Under the pieces are notes generated by a model. It searched no databases. It was given only the letters and a program-made list of their open reading frames with translations, and was not told the DNA's origin. DNA of 64,000 nucleotides, from the IMG/VR virus record IMGVR_UViG_3300010885_009424; one strand, given 5' to 3'. Shown piece by piece: positions 27,413 through 38,042 of the stretch; position 1 is the first letter of the stretch; every line of letters begins with the position of its first letter. A program made the position numbers and the translations under genes. This DNA comes from an uncultured virus (IMG/VR IMGVR_UViG_3300010885_009424) (Duplodnaviria > Heunggongvirae > Uroviricota > Caudoviricetes).

Positions 27413-28657
27413 ATGCACAATCACGAACCAATACATCCCGAGTTCATGGGCAAGAACGGCTTCGTCTGGTGGCAGGGAGTCGTCGAGGACATCCACGACC
27501 CGCTCAAGATCGGGCGTGTGCGTGTGCGTGTGCTAGGGTGGCACACGGATGACAGGAGGGAGATTCCCACCGAAGACCTTCCATGGGCGAATGTCGTCAT
27601 GCCCGTGAACAGCGCATCGATGTCGGGCAAGGGATGGTCGCCAACAGGCATCCTTCAGGGGACATGGGTGATCGGGTTCTTCCGTGACGCTTTGAATGGA
27701 CAGGAACCCGTGGTGTTCGGTACGGTCGGGGGAATCAACACGGTGAGGATACCCGTCTCCGCTCCGAACAAGGATTTCGTGAGGTTCTCCGATCCTGTTG
27801 GGGAGGTCGATTTCATAGCGCAGTCCGTTGACAGCAGGAGGAGAAGTGTCCTCAAGACGATGGAGGAGTCGAGGAACGATGTCGGTTTGAAGCCGTATCA
27901 GATACCCAAGAACCCGATCATCGACCCCAAGCAGGGATTCTCCGATCCTGATGGGGTTTATCCGCTCATCTCACGGATGGGGGAGGCGGACACGAACAGG
28001 CTTGCGAGGAACGAGCAGGTCGAGAACACCATCGTCGCCAAGAAGAGGAAGAGTCTTGAGTCGTGCGCCACGGCTCTCTACGGCTTCTGGAGGGAACCCG
28101 AGACGGCGTATGCTGCGAAGTACCCGTTCAACAATGTCTACGAGTCACAGGCGGGTCACATCGTCGAGTACGACGACACTCCAGGTGCGGAGAGGATGCA
28201 TTGGTACCATTGCTCGGGGACATTCACGGAGATCCACCCGAGGGGCAGCGAGGTGAGGAAGGTCGTCGGCAACTCGTGGGACATCACGATGAACGACAAG
28301 ATGATCCTCGTGAAGGGGAACGCATCCTTCAACACCAATCAGACCCTCAAGGTGATGATGGGCAAGGAGTTGGAGATAGAGGTGGTGGGGGATGCGAAGA
28401 TGCTCGTGGGTGGAAACATGACCGTTGATGTCAAGGGCAACTTCCTACAGAAGGTAGGCGGAACCTACACGCTTGCGAGCGACAAGAACATGGTCATAGT
28501 CGCACCGAGGATCGATCTGAACCCCGAGGGCGAGAACGCTTCGAGAATAAGCACATTCCTCGACAAGATGCGTGGTTTCGTCAACTCCATGATCGGCACG
28601 ATCAGTCCGTCCGACATCAAGGTCAAGTCGAAGGAGCCGCCTCCAGCGGGAAGGTGA
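27413..28657 (+). CDS. 5: gp5 baseplate central spike, no lysozyme domain
   Basis: OB-fold WWQGVVED..DP.K.GRVRVR; YPFN.V.ES..GH..EYDDTPG.ER; beta-helix repeats. Confidence 0.9.
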   Translation: MHNHEPIHPEFMGKNGFVWWQGVVEDIHDPLKIGRVRVRVLGWHTDDRREIPTEDLPWANVVMPVNSASMSGKGWSPTGILQGTWVIGFFRDALNGQEPVVFGTVGGINTVRIPVSAPNKDFVRFSDPVGEVDFIAQSVDSRRRSVLKTMEESRNDVGLKPYQIPKNPIIDPKQGFSDPDGVYPLISRMGEADTNRLARNEQVENTIVAKKRKSLESCATALYGFWREPETAYAAKYPFNNVYESQAGHIVEYDDTPGAERMHWYHCSGTFTEIHPRGSEVRKVVGNSWDITMNDKMILVKGNASFNTNQTLKVMMGKELEIEVVGDAKMLVGGNMTVDVKGNFLQKVGGTYTLASDKNMVIVAPRIDLNPEGENASRISTFLDKMRGFVNSMIGTISPSDIKVKSKEPPPAGR

Positions 28658-28660
28658 CCT

Positions 28661-29413
28661 ATGTCTTTCTCTAAGGTTCAGTACACGGTTCCTGTCGCAT
28701 CCTCCGCTCCCTCAAGGAGCAAGCAGGGATATGTCTACACGACCGAGGACATCTCGACCTACGGCACGGACCAAGAGAGGAAGATAGAGGAGTATGCTAG
28801 TCTCGGTATGAACAAGCCGATGGTGGTTGCCAACGAGGCGATCAGCATTGAGGAGAGTCCTAGGGTGGTTGCCAACGAGGCGATCAGCATACAGGGGATG
28901 GTCGTGGTTCCCGCAGCGACGAACTACTCGGAATCCAAGAAGTCGCTGAACGAGATATCGACGGTGAGGGGGGAGTTGGCGAGCGTCCCCGAGATCGACA
29001 TCTGCGGGTTTATGAGCAGCCTTCCCGACCTCGACCTAGGTTTTCCCGACTTGGATTCCATTCTTCCGACCATGGAAGATATCGTTGCCAAGATAAACGG
29101 ACTCACCCTCTCCGCCGTCACGGTGGTTACGAACGCTGTCAACGATATCGTCGGTCAGGTTCAGGACACGGTCGCCGACATCGGTGAGGCTGTGGGTTCG
29201 GGAATACCAAAGGTGACCTGCGGCAAGAAGCCGCCCGTGACCGAGGAGCCTGTGGGAATGGATGAGATCGGGGCTGCGTTCGCCCCGCCTTCGGTGGAGC
29301 AACCTGTGACGGTGGAGCCGCCCCTATACGGAACTGACCCTGTCATAGTCATAGAGTCGCCCGAAGTGACCGTGCAGTCGCTCGACAATCAGATCGACTT
29401 AGGGGAGTTCTGA
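28661..29413 (+). CDS. Hypothetical acidic protein in the baseplate cluster
   Basis: Coupled ORF with internal duplication VVANEAISI x2. Confidence 0.6.
   Translation: MSFSKVQYTVPVASSAPSRSKQGYVYTTEDISTYGTDQERKIEEYASLGMNKPMVVANEAISIEESPRVVANEAISIQGMVVVPAATNYSESKKSLNEISTVRGELASVPEIDICGFMSSLPDLDLGFPDLDSILPTMEDIVAKINGLTLSAVTVVTNAVNDIVGQVQDTVADIGEAVGSGIPKVTCGKKPPVTEEPVGMDEIGAAFAPPSVEQPVTVEPPLYGTDPVIVIESPEVTVQSLDNQIDLGEF
28822..28890 (+). repeat. 27-bp perfect direct repeat, 42-bp period
   Basis: ggtggttgccaacgaggcgatcagcat at 28822 and 28864. Confidence 0.9.
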
Positions 29414-30225
29414 TGGCATCGATGGTTGGTATCCAACCGATAGAGTTCTACTACCCCGACCGTGACTTCGGGGAGTTGAACATCGTGGATCAGAACCCGA
29501 GGGCGGTGACCACTTCAGAGCCTATCCAATGGAATTCCAATGCTCTCCTCAACAGGCTCAAGGGTAGGAATTCAGCCAAGACGACCATCTACGAGCAACT
29601 CAAGTTCCTCGACGAGGGCGAGACGAGCGAGTGTGCGGTGACGATGTTCATCAAGGCATCGTTTTCTAGGAGTATGAGCGGGTTTGGCATATTTGGGTGG
29701 TCGTCGGCATCTACTGGACAGGTGAAGTACGCCATAGTCGGGGGCAAGTTCCCCCCGAGCCTCACGCTCAACATCGACACGGGACGAATGTACGGGAGGA
29801 TGGACGATCTCGACGAGATATTTGCACAGGACTTCGGCGACATTCCAAACGACATACCCGAGGATCCGTCCGACATTGAGGCTGCGGAGATGTTCGGCTT
29901 CGACTACGGGATACAGGGACCGAGAAGGTACACGGAGAGCAACTATGGCACATTCGGTTTGGCGAAGTTGCGGCAGGGGGGTTTCGGAGGAACGAAGGAT
30001 GTCGTCTTCACGGCGAGGGCTTTCGACTCGCTGTCACCGACAACCGACTACATCGACGGGGTGTTCACCATTCAGGTGATGAGCAACTGGTCAACCAACC
30101 GAGATCGGTTCATCCTAAATATCAGGAATCAGTTCTTCGTGGACGGCAAGCCCGTGACCAACGAGGACTACCTCATGGTTATGAAGCAACGGGAATTCTT
30201 CAAGGACACCTGCCCACGCAGGTGA
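29413..30225 (+). CDS. Hypothetical structural protein with a putative Ig-like segment
   Basis: Y.IV.G.FPP.LTL...TG...G and FTARA.D pattern. Confidence 0.55.
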   Translation: MASMVGIQPIEFYYPDRDFGELNIVDQNPRAVTTSEPIQWNSNALLNRLKGRNSAKTTIYEQLKFLDEGETSECAVTMFIKASFSRSMSGFGIFGWSSASTGQVKYAIVGGKFPPSLTLNIDTGRMYGRMDDLDEIFAQDFGDIPNDIPEDPSDIEAAEMFGFDYGIQGPRRYTESNYGTFGLAKLRQGGFGGTKDVVFTARAFDSLSPTTDYIDGVFTIQVMSNWSTNRDRFILNIRNQFFVDGKPVTNEDYLMVMKQREFFKDTCPRR

Positions 30226-30237
30226 AGGGGGTGGCTG

Positions 30238-30525
30238 ATGGCTGCGGCACACAGGAAGTCTGACATCTGCACGGGACATGGGTGCTTTCCTCCGAGGAGG
30301 AACATCGACGGCTCGGGGAATGTGTTTGTGAACAGCCTCGGATGGCACCGCAAGGGTGACGGTTGGGCTACGCATTGCTGCGGAGACAACTGCCACACGA
30401 GCAAGACGGCGTTGGGTTCGTCCTCGGTCTTCGTCAACAGCACAGAGGCGGCTAGAGTGGGGGATCCCGTCCATTGTGGGTCTGCATGCGCACAGGGAAG
30501 CGAGAATGTCTACTGTGGAGGCTGA
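30238..30525 (+). CDS. PAAR-family spike-tip protein (gp5.4-like)
   Basis: R..D.C.GHGCFPP, GS.NVFVN, AARVGD...CGS..AQGS.NV..G. Confidence 0.92.
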   Translation: MAAAHRKSDICTGHGCFPPRRNIDGSGNVFVNSLGWHRKGDGWATHCCGDNCHTSKTALGSSSVFVNSTEAARVGDPVHCGSACAQGSENVYCGG

Positions 30526-31153
30526 CTTCTCTTCCTTCTCAAAATGGTTCGAGTTGGGAATCGGTCTTTCGGGACTGATCGGCGGCTTGATTGCGGGCAT
30601 GGCGATCATGTGGCAGAAGTCGAAGTCCGACGAGAAGAAGGCGGTTGAGGAGGGATCCATCAACTGCAAGAACAACTCGTTCCAAGCCAAGCACACGATT
30701 GTCCATGAGACATTGACCGCCCTTCGGATCAAGACTGGCGCACACAGGGCGAGGATTGGGCACTTCCACAACGGAGGCAAGTTCCTCGACGGAACCCCGA
30801 TGAAGAAGTTCAGCATCACCCACGAGTCGTGCGACAGGGGCATCCCATATGACGGAGCGAACTTTCAGAACATCCTTGTCACGATGTTTTGGGACTTGGT
30901 GGAGTCCATGCGTCTCGGGGATCCGAGGCTGAATTGGGCGATGGACATGAAGGACGGCTACTTCCGCTCCTACATCAACTCCAACGGCATCTCCGCCTAC
31001 TCCATCCTTCCCATCAAGCGTGGCGATCTGTTCGTGGGTTTCATCATCCTTGAATGGTTTGATGCGGAGAAGACACCGTCAAAGGCAACACCCTTGGAGG
31101 ACATCTTCACGCAGTCGAGGGACTACATTGAACTTGAACTTGCGTTGAGGTGA
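30506..31153 (+). CDS. N-terminal TM plus GAF-like domain protein; holin (gp t-like) candidate
   Basis: One TM, then FHNGG.F..G..MKKFS..HE and LPI......VGFI.LEW. Confidence 0.45.
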   Translation: MSTVEADFSSFSKWFELGIGLSGLIGGLIAGMAIMWQKSKSDEKKAVEEGSINCKNNSFQAKHTIVHETLTALRIKTGAHRARIGHFHNGGKFLDGTPMKKFSITHESCDRGIPYDGANFQNILVTMFWDLVESMRLGDPRLNWAMDMKDGYFRSYINSNGISAYSILPIKRGDLFVGFIILEWFDAEKTPSKATPLEDIFTQSRDYIELELALR

Positions 31154-31156
31154 TAC

Positions 31157-31549
31157 ATGGCGAAGATTCCGAACACCTCCATCGACCTTGACATCAACTT
31201 CGACCGCAATCCGTTGTCGGGAGATGTTGCACTCCGTAAGGATGAGGAGGCGATCAAGCGTTCGATCAGAAACCTCATCCTTCTGCGAGGGAATGAGAAG
31301 CCTTTCCATCCCGAGATCAACTCGGGGATACAGGACATGCTCTTTGAACTCATAGATCCCATCACGGTCGTGGAGGCTAAGAAGAGGATCTCCGACATGA
31401 TAAGAAACTACGAGCCTCGGGTGGCGAGTGCCGTGGTGGATGTCGCCGATGTCATAGACAGGAACGAGATCCGCATAAGCATAAGGTTCACTATCAAGAA
31501 TGTGCAGAGGGTCTTCTCGACCACAATTGCACTAGCGAGGCTCCGATGA
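31157..31549 (+). CDS. 25: gp25 baseplate wedge subunit
   Basis: DLD.NF..NP...DV, AIKRSIRNL, EKPF.P, YEPR. Confidence 0.92.
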   Translation: MAKIPNTSIDLDINFDRNPLSGDVALRKDEEAIKRSIRNLILLRGNEKPFHPEINSGIQDMLFELIDPITVVEAKKRISDMIRNYEPRVASAVVDVADVIDRNEIRISIRFTIKNVQRVFSTTIALARLR

Positions 31550-33480
31550 GAAACACTTCAAATACTCCAATTGATACGCTCGGCTTCGATGAGATCAAGA
31601 ACAACCTGAAGGAGTTCCTTCGTGGTCAGGAGCAGTTCAAGGACTACGACTTCGAGGGTTCCGCACTCTCCGTCATCCTAGACCTCCTCGCATACAACAC
31701 TCACTATCAGGCGTTCTATGCGAACATGGTGGCAAGCGAGTCCTTCCTCGACTCGGCGGTCTTGCGCCAGTCGGTGGTCAGCCTCGCCAAGCACCTCAAC
31801 TACACACCGAGGAGCAAGAAGGCGGCTCGGCTCCTTGTGGATGTGATTATGACTCCTGGGCAGATAGGCAATTCCTTCACGGACAGCGTCATACAGGGCA
31901 AGCAGTACATCGAAAGGGGCACGATCTTCCGAGGCAAGGACATGGAAGGCAAGAGTGTCAACTTCGTCACCCTCGACACCTACAAGGCGGTGAGGCGTGA
32001 CGGCGAGAACATCGTGCAGGATGTCACCATCCATCAGGGCTACCTGAAGTCCATCTCCTTCGTCGCCAACACGCAGGGGGGCACGGAGGCGACATTCACC
32101 ATCCCCGACAAGAACATCGACATCGACACGATCTCCGTGTTTGTGCAGAGGTCGCAGACCGACAGCACGGGATCGCAGCAGGTATGGACGAGGGCTACGG
32201 ACATCAACAAGTTGAACTCGACATCGACGGCGTTCTTCGTGCAGGAGAACCGTGACGGTCTGTGGGAGATCTACTTCGGCGATGGGTTCGTGGGCAGGGT
32301 GGTCGAGAACGGAAACATCGTCAGCATCCGATACCTCGTCACGAACGGCAGCACGGGCAACGGGATCGGATTCGACGAGACCACCGTGAAGAGGGCGATC
32401 ACCTGCAACGACTCCCGTGTGACGGATGGCGGCGAGGTCAGGATCAGCACCGATGCCAACGGCAAGGTACAGATCTCTTTCGGAGGAGAGGACAGCGAGG
32501 ATACGGAGTCGATTAGGTTCTACGCCCCAAGGAACTTTCAGGCTCAGGACAGGGCGGTGACCGCCGACGACTACAAGGCGATCCTCGGTCGTGAATACGC
32601 TCAACGGGCAGACTCCTTCTTCATATGGGGGGGCGAGGAGGCGGATCCCCCACAGTACGGAAAGGTGTTCATCAGCATCAAACCGAGGGTCGGGTCGAGG
32701 CTGTCCATGGCGGAGAAGCAAGCGATTGAGAAGAGCATCCTCGGGGAGAGGAACCTCGTGACGATCACACCCGAAGTGGTGGATCCCGACCTCCTCTATG
32801 TCAATCCGTCCGTCATGGTCTACTACGACGAGAGCAAGACCACCCTCAACAAGACGGGCGTGGAGTCGAGGGTCACCGACCTCATCAAGGCGTTCTCTTC
32901 CTCGTACCTTGGTCTTTTCCAAAGGAACTTCAGGATGTCGAAGTTCACCTCGACCATCGACGGTGCGTCTCCTGCGATCAACTCCAACACCACGGAGATC
33001 ACATTCAGCAAGAGGATCGAACTCAATCTCGGCAGGTCTGCTCCCTACACGATAAAGTTCGACAATCCGCTGCTGCACCCCATCGACGGATATACCCCCA
33101 TCCTCTCAAGCGACCTGTTTGGCTACATCGACAGCACATCGTCGGCGACCAACAAGCCCACGGTGGACTGCTTTCTGGATGACGATGGATACGGGAATGT
33201 GAGGATATACAAGCAGGTCGGAAGCACGAAGGTTTACCTCAGTCGAAACTCGGGGACTGTGGACTACTCGAAGGGAACGATCTTCCTCCGAAACTTCAAG
33301 CCCGAGTACCTTGATGGCGGGAAGACCGAGTTCGTCGTAAACGGCGTTCCGAGGAACAAGGATATCTTCGCAAGGAGGAATCAGATCGTAGTGATCGACG
33401 ATGTGGGGATCTTGGTTACCGCCATCCCTGAGAAGACCGTGATAGATAGAGGTGCGAGCGACTCCGCTTTCAATCGGTGA
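31546..33480 (+). CDS. 6: gp6 baseplate wedge subunit
   Basis: FKDYDFEGSALS.ILD.LAYNTHY, R.SVVSLAK.L.Y.P.S, Q.RAVT..DY, WGGE...PP.YGKVFISIKP. Confidence 0.95.
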   Translation: MRNTSNTPIDTLGFDEIKNNLKEFLRGQEQFKDYDFEGSALSVILDLLAYNTHYQAFYANMVASESFLDSAVLRQSVVSLAKHLNYTPRSKKAARLLVDVIMTPGQIGNSFTDSVIQGKQYIERGTIFRGKDMEGKSVNFVTLDTYKAVRRDGENIVQDVTIHQGYLKSISFVANTQGGTEATFTIPDKNIDIDTISVFVQRSQTDSTGSQQVWTRATDINKLNSTSTAFFVQENRDGLWEIYFGDGFVGRVVENGNIVSIRYLVTNGSTGNGIGFDETTVKRAITCNDSRVTDGGEVRISTDANGKVQISFGGEDSEDTESIRFYAPRNFQAQDRAVTADDYKAILGREYAQRADSFFIWGGEEADPPQYGKVFISIKPRVGSRLSMAEKQAIEKSILGERNLVTITPEVVDPDLLYVNPSVMVYYDESKTTLNKTGVESRVTDLIKAFSSSYLGLFQRNFRMSKFTSTIDGASPAINSNTTEITFSKRIELNLGRSAPYTIKFDNPLLHPIDGYTPILSSDLFGYIDSTSSATNKPTVDCFLDDDGYGNVRIYKQVGSTKVYLSRNSGTVDYSKGTIFLRNFKPEYLDGGKTEFVVNGVPRNKDIFARRNQIVVIDDVGILVTAIPEKTVIDRGASDSAFNR

Positions 33481-35672
33481 GCGTGTCCCCGAGGGCGATT
33501 ATGAGCATTGAAGGCGACCGCCAACTATCGCAGTTCGTTCCCGACAGGCTTCCTGAGTTTGTCAGGGTCGATCATCCCACATTGGTGGCGTTCATGTCCG
33601 CCTACTACGAGTGGCTTGGACTACGCAGGGACGAGGGGAAGATCGTCTATCCGATGGATCTCGGGGACATCTCCGACATTGACAATACCCTCGACCAGTT
33701 CATAGAGCGGTTCAAGGGTGAGTATCTCCTCGGATTCCCCGAGTCCCTTGCGGTCGATCCCGTCAGCGGGAATCCCGTCGATCCGAGGAGGCTTATCAAG
33801 AACATCAGGCAGTTCTACTTGTCTAAGGGAACGGCGAAGTCCTACGAGTTCCTCTTTAGGATTCTCTACGACACCTCTGTGGAGTTCTACTACCCGAAGA
33901 AGGACATACTGAGGCTTTCTAGCGGAAAGTGGACGCAGAACAACCACATCAGGTTGTCCAACTCACTTGGCGACAGGATCTACAGGGCTGCGGGTAACAC
34001 GGTCGTGCAGAAGAACGCCCTAGGCAGCGTGGTGGCTGCGACTAGGTGTGTCGAGGTCAGCGTGTACCAGGTTGGCAACTTCGATGTCGCTGAACTACTC
34101 ATCTCGGGAAGGAACGGGACATTCCAAGCAGGAAGCCTCGGCATTGAGTTCACGGATGGGGAGGAGCAGTTCCGTGAGGTCAAGGTCTACAGCGTTATCT
34201 CTTCGGTCTCCATCTCCAACGGAGGCTCGGACTACCAAGTGGGAGAGAAGATCACATTCGTCCCCGCAGGAGGCGACAGCGGACAGCGGGGAACGGGAAC
34301 CGTCACGGAGATAGACAGCCTCGGGGGCATCCGAAAGATCAACATTGATGACTTCGGGATCAACTACAACTCCCCTCCGACCATCTCGGTGGCGACAACC
34401 AAGGGAGTCGGGTTTTCGGGCAGCGTATCGGTGGGAGCCTTGGCGCAGTCTGCGGGCTTCTATTCCAATAACGATGGTCGGTTGAGTACCAATAAGGTTC
34501 TTCAGGATAACCACTTCTATCAGAATTGGTCTTATGTCTTGAAGAGTGAGGTCGTCATCGACCGATACCGTGAGGTGGTTCGGCGGCTTATCCATCCCGT
34601 AGGCACGGCGATGTTCGGCTCGGTTCTCGTGAAGCGATGCTCGAAGGACGATCTTGCGAACGCATCGGCGGTCGTGGCTTACAAGACTCCGATTATCGGA
34701 CACTACGCTCCATACACATTCAAAACTTTTGACGATCTGTCCGCATGGTTTCTGACGGGATTGACGGAGGGAGGCTTTACGGCTGCGGGTTATAGTCCGA
34801 CAGAACACGATCCTTTGATTCAGGCGGCGGGTAACGGATTTGCGGTCGTAGGCAATCCGATAACAAATGGAATTCCTTTCGGTGCCACAGACGGAGGACT
34901 CCTCGGATTGACGGGGTTTCAGAATGCCGATCCTTTTTGGATTGTCTACGAGCATCCGAACAAGAGGGTGGCGGGGCAGGTTCATGTTGCTAGGTTCTGG
35001 GCTGGACAGGAAGGGGACGCTTCCGCATGGCACGAGTGGTCGGCTGCGGTCAGCGAGGATAGGAGGACGGAGATAGCGAGTGCGCTCGCCGCCCTTGGAT
35101 CGGCGGAGAGTGGGGGAGTCACGGGCTGCTGTAGGGGTTCGTACTACACGGATCCCTACGACCACGCCTATACCCTGCTGAAGTATGACGAGAACTCCGA
35201 GTTCCGAAAGATAACCACCCGTGCCTTCCTCACGATGAAGACGGGTCGTGGTGACTTTGATTGTAGGAGGGAGGAGATTGCATCCCCACTCACTCCCAGT
35301 TTTCAGGTCATCTACCCCCTGTCGGGATCAATTGCAAAAAATCCAGTTGTTCCTGCGGAGGCATCTCCCGCCGACTACGACTTCTTCAAAAATATTGTAG
35401 TCAACTTCAACATTCTGAACGGGGATAACCTGACGCTTTCGGAGTTCAACGCAGTCAAGATCAGGGCAACGCTCGATAACAGGAAGGTCGTGGAGACGAA
35501 TATCAATTCGAGGAAACTCTCCTTCTCAAACATAGAGAACGGAAGACACACCCTCAAGTTGGAGATGATCGATGGTGACGACAGGCTCGTGTCGGGGACG
35601 AGGGAGATAGTCGTATTCGGGTATGAGTTCTCCCCTACTTCGTCCGCCGTGGTGTCCAAGGAAACTCTCTAA
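33477..35672 (+). CDS. gp7-like baseplate wedge protein
   Basis: LPEFV..DHP..V.F...YYEW, FY..KGT..SY.FLFRILY, LQD..FYQ.WSYVLKS, HPVG; between gp6 and gp8. Confidence 0.8.
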   Translation: MSVSPRAIMSIEGDRQLSQFVPDRLPEFVRVDHPTLVAFMSAYYEWLGLRRDEGKIVYPMDLGDISDIDNTLDQFIERFKGEYLLGFPESLAVDPVSGNPVDPRRLIKNIRQFYLSKGTAKSYEFLFRILYDTSVEFYYPKKDILRLSSGKWTQNNHIRLSNSLGDRIYRAAGNTVVQKNALGSVVAATRCVEVSVYQVGNFDVAELLISGRNGTFQAGSLGIEFTDGEEQFREVKVYSVISSVSISNGGSDYQVGEKITFVPAGGDSGQRGTGTVTEIDSLGGIRKINIDDFGINYNSPPTISVATTKGVGFSGSVSVGALAQSAGFYSNNDGRLSTNKVLQDNHFYQNWSYVLKSEVVIDRYREVVRRLIHPVGTAMFGSVLVKRCSKDDLANASAVVAYKTPIIGHYAPYTFKTFDDLSAWFLTGLTEGGFTAAGYSPTEHDPLIQAAGNGFAVVGNPITNGIPFGATDGGLLGLTGFQNADPFWIVYEHPNKRVAGQVHVARFWAGQEGDASAWHEWSAAVSEDRRTEIASALAALGSAESGGVTGCCRGSYYTDPYDHAYTLLKYDENSEFRKITTRAFLTMKTGRGDFDCRREEIASPLTPSFQVIYPLSGSIAKNPVVPAEASPADYDFFKNIVVNFNILNGDNLTLSEFNAVKIRATLDNRKVVETNINSRKLSFSNIENGRHTLKLEMIDGDDRLVSGTREIVVFGYEFSPTSSAVVSKETL

Positions 35673-35682
35673 ATAGGAAGCG

Positions 35683-38025
35683 ATGGCTGGATCCTGTGAC
35701 CCATTTCGTCAGGCGCACAAGCGGACGGCGGCTGATGCCCTCTTCTCGCTCTATAGCGATACCGACGACAAGAACATCTTCCTTTCGATAGGAAAGGCTA
35801 CCCCATGGAGCGGATTGGGTACGGACGAGAATCCACCCGCAAGCGTGGATAGCGTCACCAACGACACGGAATTCTGGCGATCCGTGTTCGCCCACAAGAG
35901 GGTGGACCGCTCGGATGTCTTTTTGGTGGTTCGCCGCTACGACTGGACACCTTCGGTGGTCTACACGGCGTACAGGGATGACACCGATCTGTTCGACGAC
36001 TTCAGCCCCGCCCCCTTCTATGTCCTCGTTGACGAGGAGCGGGTTTACAAGTGCATTGACAATAACAACGGGGGTCGATCCCTCGTGGCACCGACCCACA
36101 TCGACAGCCTGATCCGCAAGTTGTCGGACGGGTATCGATGGAAGTTTCTCTACCAGATCCCCGAGTCGAAGCGTGAGTTCCTGACGAAAACACAGGGCGA
36201 CAGCATCGGCTACATGCCCGTCGAGTTTGTTGACTACCTTCGGCTCAACGACGAGCGCATCCTCCAATGGAATGTGCAGCAAGCGGCGGTTGACGGCGAG
36301 ATCGCCTTCATCAAGATCAATCCCGATGTTCAGCCGTTCGTGGTTTCCGACTCGTGCGTGTTCCCTAGCGCATCGAACACCGTCTCGACGGATGTCGCTG
36401 TCGGGGCAACGGGTCTCACCCTCGCATCGCCGAACCTCGTCCTACAGCCCGACTACTACAATCAGATGGTTCTCTCCATCGACGGTGGTAATGGTCAGGG
36501 ACAGCGGAGGGTCATCACCGACTTCGTTCCATCGGGCGGCGGAGGTGTCGCCTTCGTCACGGTGGACAACCCCCTGTCGGCTAGCGTCTCTGGCGGGGCG
36601 AGTCCGAGCATCTTCTCAATCGTCCCGAACATCCGTGTCGTGGGGGACGGAACCTCGTACAACAACACATACAACCCATACTCGACGGCGGCAGAGGTCA
36701 CGGTCAGGTTCGGTGGAACCGCAGACTACACCGTTGCGGGAGTGTCCGCATCATGCTCCGACTTCTTCGAGTTGAGGAAGTTGGTCGATTCGATTGAAAT
36801 GGTCGATGGAGGAAAGGATTACACCTTCGCCTCACTCGACTTCGTCAAGGGACTTGTCGTGCCCACGGCAAAGGTCTCCATCGCCAATCTTGCGGAGCCG
36901 ATCATGTCGCCGCCAGATGGTCATGGATCCAATCCCGTCAAGGAACTCGGATGCTCTTCGATTATGATATCGAAGGACTTCTTGCAGGACGAGGACGGCA
37001 AGGTCAGCGTACAGAACGAGTTCAGGCAGTTCGCAATCCTTATGAACCCCCTGCTCTCCGAGAAGCAGGTGAGGCTCAAGTTCTTTGCAACGGGAGTCAG
37101 TGGAACCTTCACGGTCGGACTGAGCGCACAGCAATCGACAGGAAATGGCGGCTTCAGCGGTGCCTACGGGGATGTGGTGAGTTGGAGGGCGGGATCCACG
37201 GGTCACAGCGGCACGAACGAACTCGTCCTCACGAATGTTCGTGGTGGAGACTTCGAGTGCGGAGCGATAGTCAAGGGACTCACCACGATGTCGGTCGAGG
37301 AGAGGACGGTTGCGGGCACGGAGTCGAGGCGGTTGGTGAAACTGACCCTCTCACCCGTCGATCCAACCTTCTCGGTCATGGTGAACGACTTCACGAAGGG
37401 ATACCTCCTGCATGGGATCGGGGACTTCTCTAAGTCGATGCACCCGTCGAGGGTTACCGCTGAGATCTACTCATGGGAGCCGCAGATGGCATCGAACATC
37501 TCTGGTTTCCTCTATGCGGAAAACCCACAGGGATATTTCAAGGTCGGGGAGAGGGTGACGCAGACTGATCAGTTCTACTCGGACTACACGAAGGGATTGA
37601 GCGGCATAGGTCAGATCGCCGCAATCGACACGGTGATCCGACAGGGAGTCGATACCTACGACCAGACCACCTCTTTGGTGATGTCGTATGACGGCACCGA
37701 CTACTTCGATTTCGATTCGTTCGGAGAGGACGCATTCGTCTACTTCGGATACGGGCGTACTGGCTCTGCGAACGGATATGTCATGGATTGGTCTTCCTCG
37801 GGAGCCACGGGAACCACGGGAACCCTGCGCATCTCGGGTGCCCAAGGCATCTTCAGGGCGGGAATGACCGCCGCCTACGGGATGGATACGGCGACTGTGA
37901 GCCAAGTAATTCACATGGGCGAACTCAAGTACCGCTCGGGCGAGATCCTATACATACAGAACATGAAGCCGATTAAGAGGGATCTTGAGCAGAAGGAAGA
38001 GATCAAGATCGTCATCGACTTCTGA
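35683..38025 (+). CDS. 8: gp8 baseplate wedge subunit (extended)
   Basis: VVRRYDW, FYV......VYKCIDN, P.H......DGY.WKFLY, GHG..P..ELG, SGEILYI.N; CTAAATA at 35669. Confidence 0.88.
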   Translation: MAGSCDPFRQAHKRTAADALFSLYSDTDDKNIFLSIGKATPWSGLGTDENPPASVDSVTNDTEFWRSVFAHKRVDRSDVFLVVRRYDWTPSVVYTAYRDDTDLFDDFSPAPFYVLVDEERVYKCIDNNNGGRSLVAPTHIDSLIRKLSDGYRWKFLYQIPESKREFLTKTQGDSIGYMPVEFVDYLRLNDERILQWNVQQAAVDGEIAFIKINPDVQPFVVSDSCVFPSASNTVSTDVAVGATGLTLASPNLVLQPDYYNQMVLSIDGGNGQGQRRVITDFVPSGGGGVAFVTVDNPLSASVSGGASPSIFSIVPNIRVVGDGTSYNNTYNPYSTAAEVTVRFGGTADYTVAGVSASCSDFFELRKLVDSIEMVDGGKDYTFASLDFVKGLVVPTAKVSIANLAEPIMSPPDGHGSNPVKELGCSSIMISKDFLQDEDGKVSVQNEFRQFAILMNPLLSEKQVRLKFFATGVSGTFTVGLSAQQSTGNGGFSGAYGDVVSWRAGSTGHSGTNELVLTNVRGGDFECGAIVKGLTTMSVEERTVAGTESRRLVKLTLSPVDPTFSVMVNDFTKGYLLHGIGDFSKSMHPSRVTAEIYSWEPQMASNISGFLYAENPQGYFKVGERVTQTDQFYSDYTKGLSGIGQIAAIDTVIRQGVDTYDQTTSLVMSYDGTDYFDFDSFGEDAFVYFGYGRTGSANGYVMDWSSSGATGTTGTLRISGAQGIFRAGMTAAYGMDTATVSQVIHMGELKYRSGEILYIQNMKPIKRDLEQKEEIKIVIDF

Positions 38026-38042
38026 CCGAGGGTGGAGAAACA

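Noticed and set aside
27511..27535. GT-rich repeat gggcgtgtgcgtgtgcgtgtgc
   Set aside because: Encodes the conserved GRVRVRV motif of gp5.
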